From: Actinomycetes bacterium
GTDB lineage: Bacteria; Actinomycetota; Actinomycetes; Nanopelagicales; Nanopelagicaceae
Assembly (NCBI GenBank): GCA_031360585.1
Contig: JANMBV010000022.1
Coordinates: 31,694 to 95,693, forward strand
DNA: 64,000 nt
Direction of reading: 5' to 3'
The notes beneath the pieces were generated by a model. The model worked only from the letters and a program-made list of their open reading frames with translations, did not search any database and was not told where the DNA came from. The translations under genes and the position numbers were made by a program. Of this stretch, positions 30,786 through 39,246 are shown one piece after another; the first letter of the stretch is position 1; every line of letters starts with the position of its first letter.

Positions 30786-32141
30786 TTGAATCATGCCATG
30801 AGTACGAGAAGCATCTTCTGGTTTAGACGCGATCTGCGACTTCGGGATAACCCAGCCCTCCTGGCAGCTATCGCTGAATCTGACGAAGTGATTCCGCTAT
30901 TTATAATCGATCCGCAGCTCGCCATTCGTGCAGGAGAGTTCCGACGTGCTTATTTGGCGCAGTCGTTGCGCGCCCTGGATACATCCCTGGAAGGCCGCCT
31001 GCATGTGATTTCTGGAGAGCCAGTTGGCGTACTCAAAAAGTTGATTAAGAAATACAACGCGACATCTGTTCACGTTTCCTCTGAGTTTGCGCCCTACGGA
31101 GTAGCGCGGGATGAAAAGGTAGAAGGTTCAGGTATCGTTCTAACAAGAACTGGAAGCGGGTACGCCATTTCCCCGGGTCAGGTGCTCAAGGCAGACGGGA
31201 GTGCCTACCGAATTTTCACCCCATTTTTCAAAGCTTGGAGTGCGCACGGCTGGCGTGGGCCTGTTGAGGCGCCTGGGGCATTTAATTCACCAAGGCCCGA
31301 TTCTAAATATCGTCAGATCCCTGACTGGGCAGTTCCCGTAGGCACACAGTTGCAGTCTGCTGGAGAGGAAGCCGCGATTAAACGGTGGAGAGATTTTCGA
31401 GAAAGCGCATTAGAAGAATACGACCAACATCGCGACTACGCGGCCATCAATGGTACGAGTCGCTTGAGCCCGCATTTGCGGTGGGGAGAAATTCATCCAC
31501 GCACGATATTGGCCGGACTAAGTAACACCCAAGCGCATCAAGTTTTCAGAAAGGAGATCGCGTGGCGAGAATTTTATGCAGACGTTCTTCACCATCATCC
31601 TCACACGAGTCGGGATTACTACCTGTCGCACTTTGCGAAAATGCAATATGACCCACCCGGCGAAGAATTTCAAGCCTGGTGCGATGGAAGAACGGGTTAC
31701 CCTTTCGTGGACGCCGCAATGCGTCAGTTGGTTAAAGAAGGATGGATGCACAATCGCGGACGGATGGTGGTTGCCTCGTTTCTCGTGAAGGATCTGCACA
31801 TCGAATGGCAGCACGGAGCGAACTTCTTTATGAAATATCTTATCGACAGTGACGTAGCTTCAAACTCGCACGGCTGGCAGTGGACCGCGGGTTGTGGAAC
31901 CGACGCATCCCCATACTTTCGTGTTTTTAATCCGATCCAGCAAGGAAAACGTTTCGATCCCGAAGGTGTTTACATTCGAAAATACGTGCCAGAACTTAGG
32001 CATCTGACACCGAATCAGATCCACGAGCCGTGGCTACACCCACACGAGGGCTACCCGAACCCGATAGTGGACCATGCGGTCGAGCGGCTCGAATCACTCT
32101 CGCGACTACAGCGGTTGAAGGACTTCAGGCAAGAAAGTTAG
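30786..32141 (+). CDS. Deoxyribodipyrimidine photolyase / cryptochrome-photolyase family protein
   Basis: Motifs IFWFRRDLRL.DN.AL, WREFY, TGYPFVDAAMRQL...GWMHNRGRMVVASFL, and WQW.AG.G.DA.PYFR.FNP. The start could be the ATG at 30798. Confidence 0.9.
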   Translation: MNHAMSTRSIFWFRRDLRLRDNPALLAAIAESDEVIPLFIIDPQLAIRAGEFRRAYLAQSLRALDTSLEGRLHVISGEPVGVLKKLIKKYNATSVHVSSEFAPYGVARDEKVEGSGIVLTRTGSGYAISPGQVLKADGSAYRIFTPFFKAWSAHGWRGPVEAPGAFNSPRPDSKYRQIPDWAVPVGTQLQSAGEEAAIKRWRDFRESALEEYDQHRDYAAINGTSRLSPHLRWGEIHPRTILAGLSNTQAHQVFRKEIAWREFYADVLHHHPHTSRDYYLSHFAKMQYDPPGEEFQAWCDGRTGYPFVDAAMRQLVKEGWMHNRGRMVVASFLVKDLHIEWQHGANFFMKYLIDSDVASNSHGWQWTAGCGTDASPYFRVFNPIQQGKRFDPEGVYIRKYVPELRHLTPNQIHEPWLHPHEGYPNPIVDHAVERLESLSRLQRLKDFRQES

Positions 32142-33558
32142 TGAACTGCCATGGATCTGAATGGTCGTAGACTCGACCATTCCAAGGACCGTAGAGATCG
32201 TTGCGGTACTTCAAAGGATCCCAGTCAGCAGCCATTGAGTGAAAGCCGCCCCAATACCTTTCTGCGAAGTCCAGAACTTCCTTCCAAGGAAGGTCATCAG
32301 GGACGAGCAAGCCGCGGTCGGGATTGGCCATTGCCCAGGCAACAGCGGCGTAAACGGCACTGGCGACCTGCACGGTGGTTGCCGACTGATGTGGAATGAG
32401 TTTGCGAGCATCATGAATGGAGAGCAGGGATCCCGTCCACCATGCCTTGTACGGGTGACCAAGGAGCAGTACCCCAAGGCGATCCTCACCGTCGATGATT
32501 TCGTCGTTCATAATTCGTTGATTTTTCTGTAGGTCCCACTGGCGCATTTCGAGCTCGTGCATGGAGGCGATAGCGGCGTCAGATGGGCAATATGCGTAGT
32601 GAACAGTGGGGCGGTAAACGGCTTTATCGCCATCCCAGACCGTGAGGTGATCCGAGATCGTGAACGCCTCTCCGTGACGCACAAGCAGCCCCGTGGTCTC
32701 TGAGTTTGGTACCCACGATCGGACCCAAGTGGTGGCACCAGGTTGGGCTATGGCAATCTGATTCTCTGGCCCGCCGTCGTGCATGTAGGCGTTTTTTGGA
32801 AGAGTCTTCTCATGCGTACCCCAACCCAATTCGGCTGGTGCGATACCTTCTTCATAGAAGCCCTCAACACTCCAGGTATTGACGAACTCCCCAATAAGTT
32901 TTGGTCTATCGGCAACTTGAGTATCACGCTCGGCGATGTGAATTACTTTTACGCCAAGACTCATGGCAAGTACTGGAAAGTTTTCTTCGTTGAGTGCCTT
33001 TTCTACTCCTGCAGGGGCGATCCCGTCTTTCAACGCTTGGGTCGCAATATCAACAAGGCCACGCTTGACTAGGTGAGAAACCAATCCCGGATTTGCGCCA
33101 TGCTCGACAATTGCTGTCGGACCAGTCTTGTTCCATGTCGCTTTCATCTCGCGAATTCGCATGTGTCTGACGTAGAGCGTTCTGGACTGCACGCTTCGCT
33201 CTGGGCCGCCAGAATATGGTTCCCATTCTTCAAGAGAAGTGTTGAGATAAATCACGCCGTGATCGTGAGCCCATCCGATCATTTCATTGGCGTCGATGTT
33301 CCAGGCAAGGTCGAGAAGGAAGTCGCCAACAGACAGGAAGCGACTCAAAAATTCATCTAGATTGGCGCGAGTTAGTTCGTCTTGGACATATGTCGCGCCT
33401 TGATCGATAGCGCCTTGAACTCGTGATCTGTTGTCGCGTTTATCCACGATCGTCATCTGTTTTGCTTCCACTAGGTGTTGGATAAGCAGTGGAATTGCGC
33501 ATTGGGCAACTGAGCCGGCGCCGAGAACCAGAATTCGATTATGAAAGGTTGCGGACAA
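32125..33558 (-). CDS. hss: Homospermidine synthase (bacterial HSS, saccharopine dehydrogenase-like fold)
   Basis: 477 aa. Blocks match the bacterial HSS sequence as I remember it: HGANPG.VS..VK, GVK.IHIAERDTQ, F.NTWSVEGF.EG..PAELGWGT, YRPT.HYAY.P.D.A..S.HE, GVLL.GH....WW.GS.LSI...R...P.Q.AT..QV.S.V, and a C-terminal DPWQF.NFL. Confidence 0.85.
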   Translation of the reverse strand: MSATFHNRILVLGAGSVAQCAIPLLIQHLVEAKQMTIVDKRDNRSRVQGAIDQGATYVQDELTRANLDEFLSRFLSVGDFLLDLAWNIDANEMIGWAHDHGVIYLNTSLEEWEPYSGGPERSVQSRTLYVRHMRIREMKATWNKTGPTAIVEHGANPGLVSHLVKRGLVDIATQALKDGIAPAGVEKALNEENFPVLAMSLGVKVIHIAERDTQVADRPKLIGEFVNTWSVEGFYEEGIAPAELGWGTHEKTLPKNAYMHDGGPENQIAIAQPGATTWVRSWVPNSETTGLLVRHGEAFTISDHLTVWDGDKAVYRPTVHYAYCPSDAAIASMHELEMRQWDLQKNQRIMNDEIIDGEDRLGVLLLGHPYKAWWTGSLLSIHDARKLIPHQSATTVQVASAVYAAVAWAMANPDRGLLVPDDLPWKEVLDFAERYWGGFHSMAADWDPLKYRNDLYGPWNGRVYDHSDPWQFTNFLA

Positions 33559-33612
33559 TTAGACCTCTTCTGCGAGCATGTGAGTTGGGCGCTACGCGTG
33601 ACAAATTATAGG

Positions 33613-35001
33613 CTAAAAAATTTGAGCCGAAATCGCCGGCTCCGACCAGACGCCGACTCCCTCGCGTTTTGCTTGGTACATGGCGTTATCGGCTCGGCGA
33701 AGAAGATTGGAGGCGCCATCGTTGCCCACGTGCCCCACGCTCACGCCGACTCGAATCTCTCGACCGGATATGGAGAAGGGATAGCTCAATGTCGCTTTGA
33801 GTGCCAGTGCCACCTCCAAGGTGGCCTCATAGTCGCCACGAATGATTGCGCCGAATTCATCCCCGCCGAGGCGGGCAAGGAGCGAGCCTTGCGGCAGTGC
33901 GCGCGTGAAGCGAGTCGACACTTGCTTGAGAAGTTGGTCTCCCACCTCGTGTCCAAATTGATCATTGATGGGCTTGAAACCATCGAGGTCCAGAAGAAGT
34001 AGCGCCCCGTCTGTCATTTTCATCAGCTCTTCGAGTTCGGCAATGAATCTTCGACGATTAGGAAGACCAGTGAGTTCGTCCGTTCGCGCTAGTAATCTCT
34101 CTTCTCCAATCGTGCGTGATTGGCGTAGGGCAATCGTCATGCGAACGAATGCAAGAAGCAAGGTGGCGACGGTCGGAATCAAAATGAAGTTAGGGAGATA
34201 ACCAGGGCGAAGGGAAGTAATTGCGAGAAGTGTCGCGCTGAGCATGACGGATAGAGCGATAAAGATGGGATGGATTGAGTCACTTGTTTCTCGGTCCGAA
34301 CCGTGATGCCAGAACCCTTCTGCAATGAGAGCAAATCCAAGCAACCATCCGTCATCGCTGAGAGCGCCAAAGGAATATTGGCGATGAACCGTTAGCCAGA
34401 GAAATAGAAAGTCGGATGCCGCATAGACGATGACTCCGAGGCACACTAGAAGATTTCTTCGTGCGAAGGGAGAAATGACGACAAGAGAGAACACAAGGGC
34501 GACGAGAACAAGGTCGGCAATCGGAAAGAGTACAGCGAAGAAAGTTTTAGAAGCATCGCCATCAAATCTCGGAAGAATGGGAGAGATGAAAAAAGCGGTA
34601 CCAAGGGCGCTCAACCCGATTCCCAGAATGGTCGCATCTAGGATTTCCACTGAACCTAAGGCGCGCCTAGATTTGAAAGCTCGGGTCAGCCCGATGAATG
34701 CGAACGGATAGAAGAGCAGATAGCACGTGTTAATGATGGATGAACTTATATGGGGATCGGGGTAGAACTGGTTGTACGAGGAGAGCAGCGCACCGCAGGT
34801 CCACATGATTATTGCCGATAGGATCGCATACTTGGCTTTGCGGTCGTTGTATCGTGGCGAAAGAATGATAGATATGGCCGCAACGAGGGCGATCAGGTTG
34901 TAGAGAATGAGGTCGAGAATGAACTGCGGTTGGGGAAAGAGCAACTTCGTAAGAAAATGAAGGGCAAGCAAAATTGGCGCTAAAAACCTAGTTGGCCCCA
35001 C
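33613..35001 (-). CDS. Diguanylate cyclase (GGDEF) with polytopic N-terminal membrane domain
   Basis: The C-terminal GGDEF domain has DELTGLPNRR and an intact RLGGDEFG active-site motif. The N-terminal 270 aa or so consist of about 8-9 hydrophobic helices. Confidence 0.85.
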   Translation of the reverse strand: MGPTRFLAPILLALHFLTKLLFPQPQFILDLILYNLIALVAAISIILSPRYNDRKAKYAILSAIIMWTCGALLSSYNQFYPDPHISSSIINTCYLLFYPFAFIGLTRAFKSRRALGSVEILDATILGIGLSALGTAFFISPILPRFDGDASKTFFAVLFPIADLVLVALVFSLVVISPFARRNLLVCLGVIVYAASDFLFLWLTVHRQYSFGALSDDGWLLGFALIAEGFWHHGSDRETSDSIHPIFIALSVMLSATLLAITSLRPGYLPNFILIPTVATLLLAFVRMTIALRQSRTIGEERLLARTDELTGLPNRRRFIAELEELMKMTDGALLLLDLDGFKPINDQFGHEVGDQLLKQVSTRFTRALPQGSLLARLGGDEFGAIIRGDYEATLEVALALKATLSYPFSISGREIRVGVSVGHVGNDGASNLLRRADNAMYQAKREGVGVWSEPAISAQIF

Positions 35002-35041
35002 TCACCTGAAGGTAAGGCAGGAGCATCAGGTGAATATATAG

Positions 35042-35085
35042 GGAAAGCCATAGCCCCTAAATAATTCGGAGAACTATGGCTTTCC
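35042..35085 (-). terminator. Hairpin downstream of the secreted-protein gene (minus strand)
   Basis: A 12-bp stem, GGAAAGCCATAG (35042-35053) / CTATGGCTTTCC (35074-35085). The 20-nt loop is large, so confidence is modest. Confidence 0.4.
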
Positions 35086-35100
35086 TACATTCCTAAGGTT

Positions 35101-35790
35101 TTAGAGCCCCTTTTGGCAGATGAGGTTACGAAGCGATAGCGCCTGTGCAACTCCGGCCTTGGCTTGAGTCACAGATGAGACCGTGGCACCACGCTGAGCC
35201 TGCATCGTGGTGATCGTGCTTCCGATTTTGCGGAGAGAGGTGCTTGCCGCGGTATTTGAAGCAATCGCAGAATTGAGCGAGCGGATTGCCGTCGTATAGG
35301 TCGAAATCGCAGTCGCGTAGGTCGATGGATTCGGCTTTGCCAAAAGTGCGGCTTTGGCCGCCGTAAAGTCCGTGACCTTAGCTCTCCAAATCACATTCTT
35401 GGCATCAAGGGCGTCTGCCTTGATGGCGGAATCGGCTGCCTTGGCCTGCTCTGCGACAATTTTCGCATCTAGGTCGGCTAGAGCCGCAGGTAATCCCCCA
35501 GCGAGGGATTTGTATCCGGCGTTCAACTTTGTGTAGGTGGTGTTCGACTTAATGCAGTCCATCGAGACCCAGGTGTACTTCTTCTTATTGACGATCGGGT
35601 TCTTGGTGCACTTGTAAACGGTGCCACTGACCTTGATCGTCTTGTTCGGCTTAGGGCATAAGACGCCGTTGCTGATTTTTGCCGCTGCCTTCGTTCTGGC
35701 TTCGGCGGGTGCAACTGCGACAAAGGCTCCAGCCACCATGAGGGCCAGGACGGACGTGGTAATCACTTTGCGAAACATGTAAACCTCCAA
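35101..35790 (-). CDS. Secreted Cys-containing, Ala-rich helical protein, function unknown
   Basis: 229 aa. Signal peptide (MFRKVITTSVLALMVAGAFVAVAPAEA). An N-terminal module CPKPNKTIKVSGTVYKC...KKKYTWV is followed by an Ala-rich helical region with TY..AI repeats. Confidence 0.6.
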   Translation of the reverse strand: MEVYMFRKVITTSVLALMVAGAFVAVAPAEARTKAAAKISNGVLCPKPNKTIKVSGTVYKCTKNPIVNKKKYTWVSMDCIKSNTTYTKLNAGYKSLAGGLPAALADLDAKIVAEQAKAADSAIKADALDAKNVIWRAKVTDFTAAKAALLAKPNPSTYATAISTYTTAIRSLNSAIASNTAASTSLRKIGSTITTMQAQRGATVSSVTQAKAGVAQALSLRNLICQKGL

Positions 35791-35891
35791 GGAATATGTT
35801 CAAATACTAGCCACCGATATCGCTCCACTGGGTCCCAGAAAGGGCAATTAGGTCCTATTCACCGAGAATACACAGATAAAGAGGCTCATTT

Positions 35892-36662
35892 CTACCTCTG
35901 CCTGACTCGAACGTTCATGCCGACCTTGCGAACTAGAGGGCGCGGTGCAAAGCGGGCCAAGGAAGAGACGATTGCGTACTGCCAACCTGGAACAGAGATT
36001 GCTTTGCCAGAGCGGGCATCAGACCATGCCTTTGTCACGACGTCGTCGGCATCCAGCCACATAAATTTGGGAAGAGCCTCCATCCTCATTTTTCCGCGTT
36101 GGTGAAATTCCGTGTGTGTGAATCCAGGGCAGAGCGCGAGGACGTTCACTTCTGTAGCGCGAAGTTCGGTATGTAGCGATTCGCTAAGAACCGTGAGGTA
36201 GGACTTGGCGGCACTATAGGTTCCACCTGCAATCCAGCCGGCCACCGATGAGACATTGATGATGATCCCAGAATTTCGCTCTTTCATAATTGGAAGTGCA
36301 GAATGCATCAGGCGCATGGGGGCTCGGACTAAAACATCCAGGAGCTGCTGCTCTGCATCTATGTGACTCTTTTGAAAACTCTCCCTCAATCCAAAGCCCG
36401 CGTTATTGATTAATACATCAATTGGTCTTTGCGGATCAGAGACACGTCCTTCCACCGACTTACAACCCAACTCGGTGGAAAGATCGGCAACCAAGATTTC
36501 ACATACAGTGCCGAACTCGGTTTTCAATTCTTCGGCGGCTTCTTTGAGGCGATTCTCGTCTCGCGCCACAAGTACCAGGTCATATCCTTCACGCCCGAGG
36601 AGTTTGGCAAAACGCCTGCCGATTCCAGCACTTGCCCCTGTGATCACCGCGGTCTTGGCCAT
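35892..36662 (-). CDS. SDR-family short-chain dehydrogenase/reductase
   Basis: TGASAGIGR cofactor motif directly after the ATG at 36662 (MAKTAVITGASAGIG), plus NNAG and the YSAAK catalytic motif. The longer track ORF (to 36752) was rejected because it overlaps the divergent gene. Confidence 0.8.
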   Translation of the reverse strand: MAKTAVITGASAGIGRRFAKLLGREGYDLVLVARDENRLKEAAEELKTEFGTVCEILVADLSTELGCKSVEGRVSDPQRPIDVLINNAGFGLRESFQKSHIDAEQQLLDVLVRAPMRLMHSALPIMKERNSGIIINVSSVAGWIAGGTYSAAKSYLTVLSESLHTELRATEVNVLALCPGFTHTEFHQRGKMRMEALPKFMWLDADDVVTKAWSDARSGKAISVPGWQYAIVSSLARFAPRPLVRKVGMNVRVRQR

Positions 36663-36672
36663 AGAATGAATT

Positions 36673-37581
36673 ATGGTACTCGCAGTTGATCTGGGACAGT
36701 CGGGCACCAGAATTCGTTGGCCAGAGGGCCACTTTGAATCCGCCCGCGCCAAACGAGCAAATGAATCCTCTTTGGAGGCGCTCCGAGATGTATTTGAAGA
36801 GGTGGTGGAATTTCATGATGGCCCACTCCGAAGTGACCTTGTCGCTCTTTCCTTAACGGCACTTTATGGGAATGTGCCAGTTCCTGATTCATTTGGTGCC
36901 TTGGCCAGCGAGTTTTTTTCGGCTAAGGATGTTGCAGTTATAGATGACGGCCTTGCTGGGTTAATTGGGGCGTTGGGTACGGCAGACGGCGTGAGTCTCT
37001 CAGTTGGCAGTGGCGTTGTAGCCGTTGCCGGGCATAGGGGAATGTTCTCGCACGCCGATGGGCTGGGGCATGTGTTTGGCGATATCGGTGGGGGATATTG
37101 GCTGGGCCGACTCGCATTGGAGCGGGCTCTGGCTACCCGGCAGGGGCGCGATGAAGATGTGGAGTTGCTTGCTTTTCTCAAAGACGAAATCGATGCATTC
37201 GATCAAATGCAAAGTAATGTGGCACAAGAGGCACACATGCTCTGTATCTCTACTGCTAGAAAAGTCCTCGAAGGTGCGGAGAGTGAAATTACCGGAGCTC
37301 TGAAGATTCGAAACGAGGGTGCCCGGGGCTTAGCAAAGACTGTGAGAGCGGCTTGGCTGAGGGCCGGGGGATCACAGGAGGAAAGTCTTTCGTTGGCCTT
37401 GCTTGGCGGCCTGAGCAGAAATCGTGGCTACGAAGAAGCGATCACTAATGGCGTCCTGCAACTCATGCCGTCAGTGCAATTCTCACCGGTTCGAGGAAAT
37501 CATCTTGACGGGGCAATCATGATCGCCAACACCATGAAAAAGGATGTGCTTCCTTTACTTCGATGGTGGCACAAATCTTAA
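36673..37581 (+). CDS. BadF/BadG/BcrA/BcrD-type ATPase (N-acetylglucosamine-kinase-like)
   Basis: 302 aa with an ASKHA-type phosphate-1 motif at the N-terminus (VLAVDLGQSGTRIR) and later G-rich motifs (DDGLAGLIGALG, SVGSGVVAVAG, DIGGGYWLG). Confidence 0.6.
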   Translation: MVLAVDLGQSGTRIRWPEGHFESARAKRANESSLEALRDVFEEVVEFHDGPLRSDLVALSLTALYGNVPVPDSFGALASEFFSAKDVAVIDDGLAGLIGALGTADGVSLSVGSGVVAVAGHRGMFSHADGLGHVFGDIGGGYWLGRLALERALATRQGRDEDVELLAFLKDEIDAFDQMQSNVAQEAHMLCISTARKVLEGAESEITGALKIRNEGARGLAKTVRAAWLRAGGSQEESLSLALLGGLSRNRGYEEAITNGVLQLMPSVQFSPVRGNHLDGAIMIANTMKKDVLPLLRWWHKS

Positions 37582-39240
37582 TTCGCCAGGTGCGCCTTGG
37601 GGAACCACCGGCGCATTGGGAGCCACTGGACTGAGGCGCAGATAAGGCTGGCCTTGCTCGGGACGCAGATCTACTTCATTCCTATTTGGCCACATGGACA
37701 TTGCGCGCTCTGCTTGCGCCGTGATCGTCAGCGATGGATTGACTCCTAGATTTGCAGTAAGGGTTGAGCCATCCACGATGTGCATACTTGGGTAATTCCA
37801 GACGCGATGGTATGCATCAATCACGCCTTTCTCGGGGCAATCACCGATAACAGCACCGCCAACAAAGTGCGCGGTAAATGGCGCGTTTATCAGATCGCCA
37901 AGATGTCCACCCGCGATTCCTTTGTACTTGGCAGCGATCAGGCGGGCAGTCTGGTTGGCTGCAGGTATCCACGTGGCGTTGGGGTGGTCCGAGCTATTCT
38001 TCGACGTCAGATGCCATCCCAAGATTGCGCGCGTGGGTCGCACCTTTATCCAAGAATCAACGCTCTGCATGACTAGGGCGATGACAGTCCTCTGGCTCCA
38101 TCTTCGAACATTGAGCACCTTGGGAAGAAGTGATGGATCACTCAGGACTTTTCGCAGCCATTGCTTCCGCCTTGCTTTGGATGTGGTTCCATCTGTCATG
38201 ATCGTCTGTAGAAGGCCCATGAAATTGCTGCCTTTTCCATATCTAACAGGCTCTATGTGGGTATCTTCGTCGGGGAAGAATGAGGAAGTTATTGCTGAGC
38301 CACGGCTAAAATCAATATCGGCGTTGGGCATCGTTGCACCCACTAGGGATTCGCTATTGGTGCGAGAGTAGTCGCCCAGACAATCCGAAAGCTTGGGCAG
38401 GGTGCGGTCGTCTTTCATTCGATGGAGTAATTTTTGCGTGTTATACGTGCCTGCTGCAATCACCACATCTTTCGCAGAGAATACTTCCCCCGTAATTGGA
38501 CGTGGTCCTGTCTTGGTCGTGCGGATAATCCAGCCGCCGCCTGGTACTTGCTCGATCTTCGTCACTGTGGTTAGAGGAAATACTCTGGCTCCTGCTTTTT
38601 CTGCCAAGCCAAGGTAGTTTTTTGGCAGAGTATTTTTTGCATTATTGCGACAGCCTGTCATGCACGCGCCACATTGGATGCAACCATTTCGTTCCGGCCC
38701 GACGCCCCCAAAATATGGATCAGCAACAGTTGCATCCGTTCCGTTTCCGAAATAGATCCCTAGAGGCGCCATTTGAAAGGTCTTGCCAACTCCCATGGCG
38801 ATGGCCGCTTCTTTCATTGCTTGATCACTGGGAGAGAAATAAGGATTTTCGGTAACGCCGAGCATCCGCTTTGCCTGCTCGTAAAAAGGGGTGAGTTCGC
38901 TCTTCCAATCGGTGATGTGTGACCAGAGCGGATCACGAAAGTACTTCTCTCCTGGTTGGTACAACGTGTTGGCATAGATCAGCGAGCCGCCACCGACTCC
39001 GGCACCAGCAAGGATGATCGCGTCGGGTAGGTAGTGGATCCGTTGCACACCTAAAAGACCCAACCGCGGCATAAAAAGAAATTTTCGAAGCCGCCATGAG
39101 GTTTTCGGAAAATCTGAATCCGCAAACCTGCGTCCGGCTTCTAAGACGGCAACCTTGTAACCTTTTTCGGTCAGCCGTAGCCCCGCCACAGAGCCGCCAA
39201 AACCAGAGCCGACAATGACTACATCAAAGTCGTTCTTCAT
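37555..39240 (-). CDS. GMC-family FAD-dependent oxidoreductase (cholesterol-oxidase-like)
   Basis: 561 aa. N-terminal DVVIVGSGFGGSVAGLRLTEKGYKVAVLEAG, with C-terminal GMC features (H.VGG..IG, DGS....LGVNP..TI.A.AER). Confidence 0.8.
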   Translation of the reverse strand: MKNDFDVVIVGSGFGGSVAGLRLTEKGYKVAVLEAGRRFADSDFPKTSWRLRKFLFMPRLGLLGVQRIHYLPDAIILAGAGVGGGSLIYANTLYQPGEKYFRDPLWSHITDWKSELTPFYEQAKRMLGVTENPYFSPSDQAMKEAAIAMGVGKTFQMAPLGIYFGNGTDATVADPYFGGVGPERNGCIQCGACMTGCRNNAKNTLPKNYLGLAEKAGARVFPLTTVTKIEQVPGGGWIIRTTKTGPRPITGEVFSAKDVVIAAGTYNTQKLLHRMKDDRTLPKLSDCLGDYSRTNSESLVGATMPNADIDFSRGSAITSSFFPDEDTHIEPVRYGKGSNFMGLLQTIMTDGTTSKARRKQWLRKVLSDPSLLPKVLNVRRWSQRTVIALVMQSVDSWIKVRPTRAILGWHLTSKNSSDHPNATWIPAANQTARLIAAKYKGIAGGHLGDLINAPFTAHFVGGAVIGDCPEKGVIDAYHRVWNYPSMHIVDGSTLTANLGVNPSLTITAQAERAMSMWPNRNEVDLRPEQGQPYLRLSPVAPNAPVVPQGAPGELRFVPPSK

Positions 39241-39246
39241 TGTGGT

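Noticed and set aside
30229-30789. 186-aa plus-strand ORF opposite the esterase gene
   Set aside because: The minus-strand frame carries the GSSLGG nucleophile elbow and a coherent alpha/beta-hydrolase sequence. The plus-strand translation has no recognisable features.
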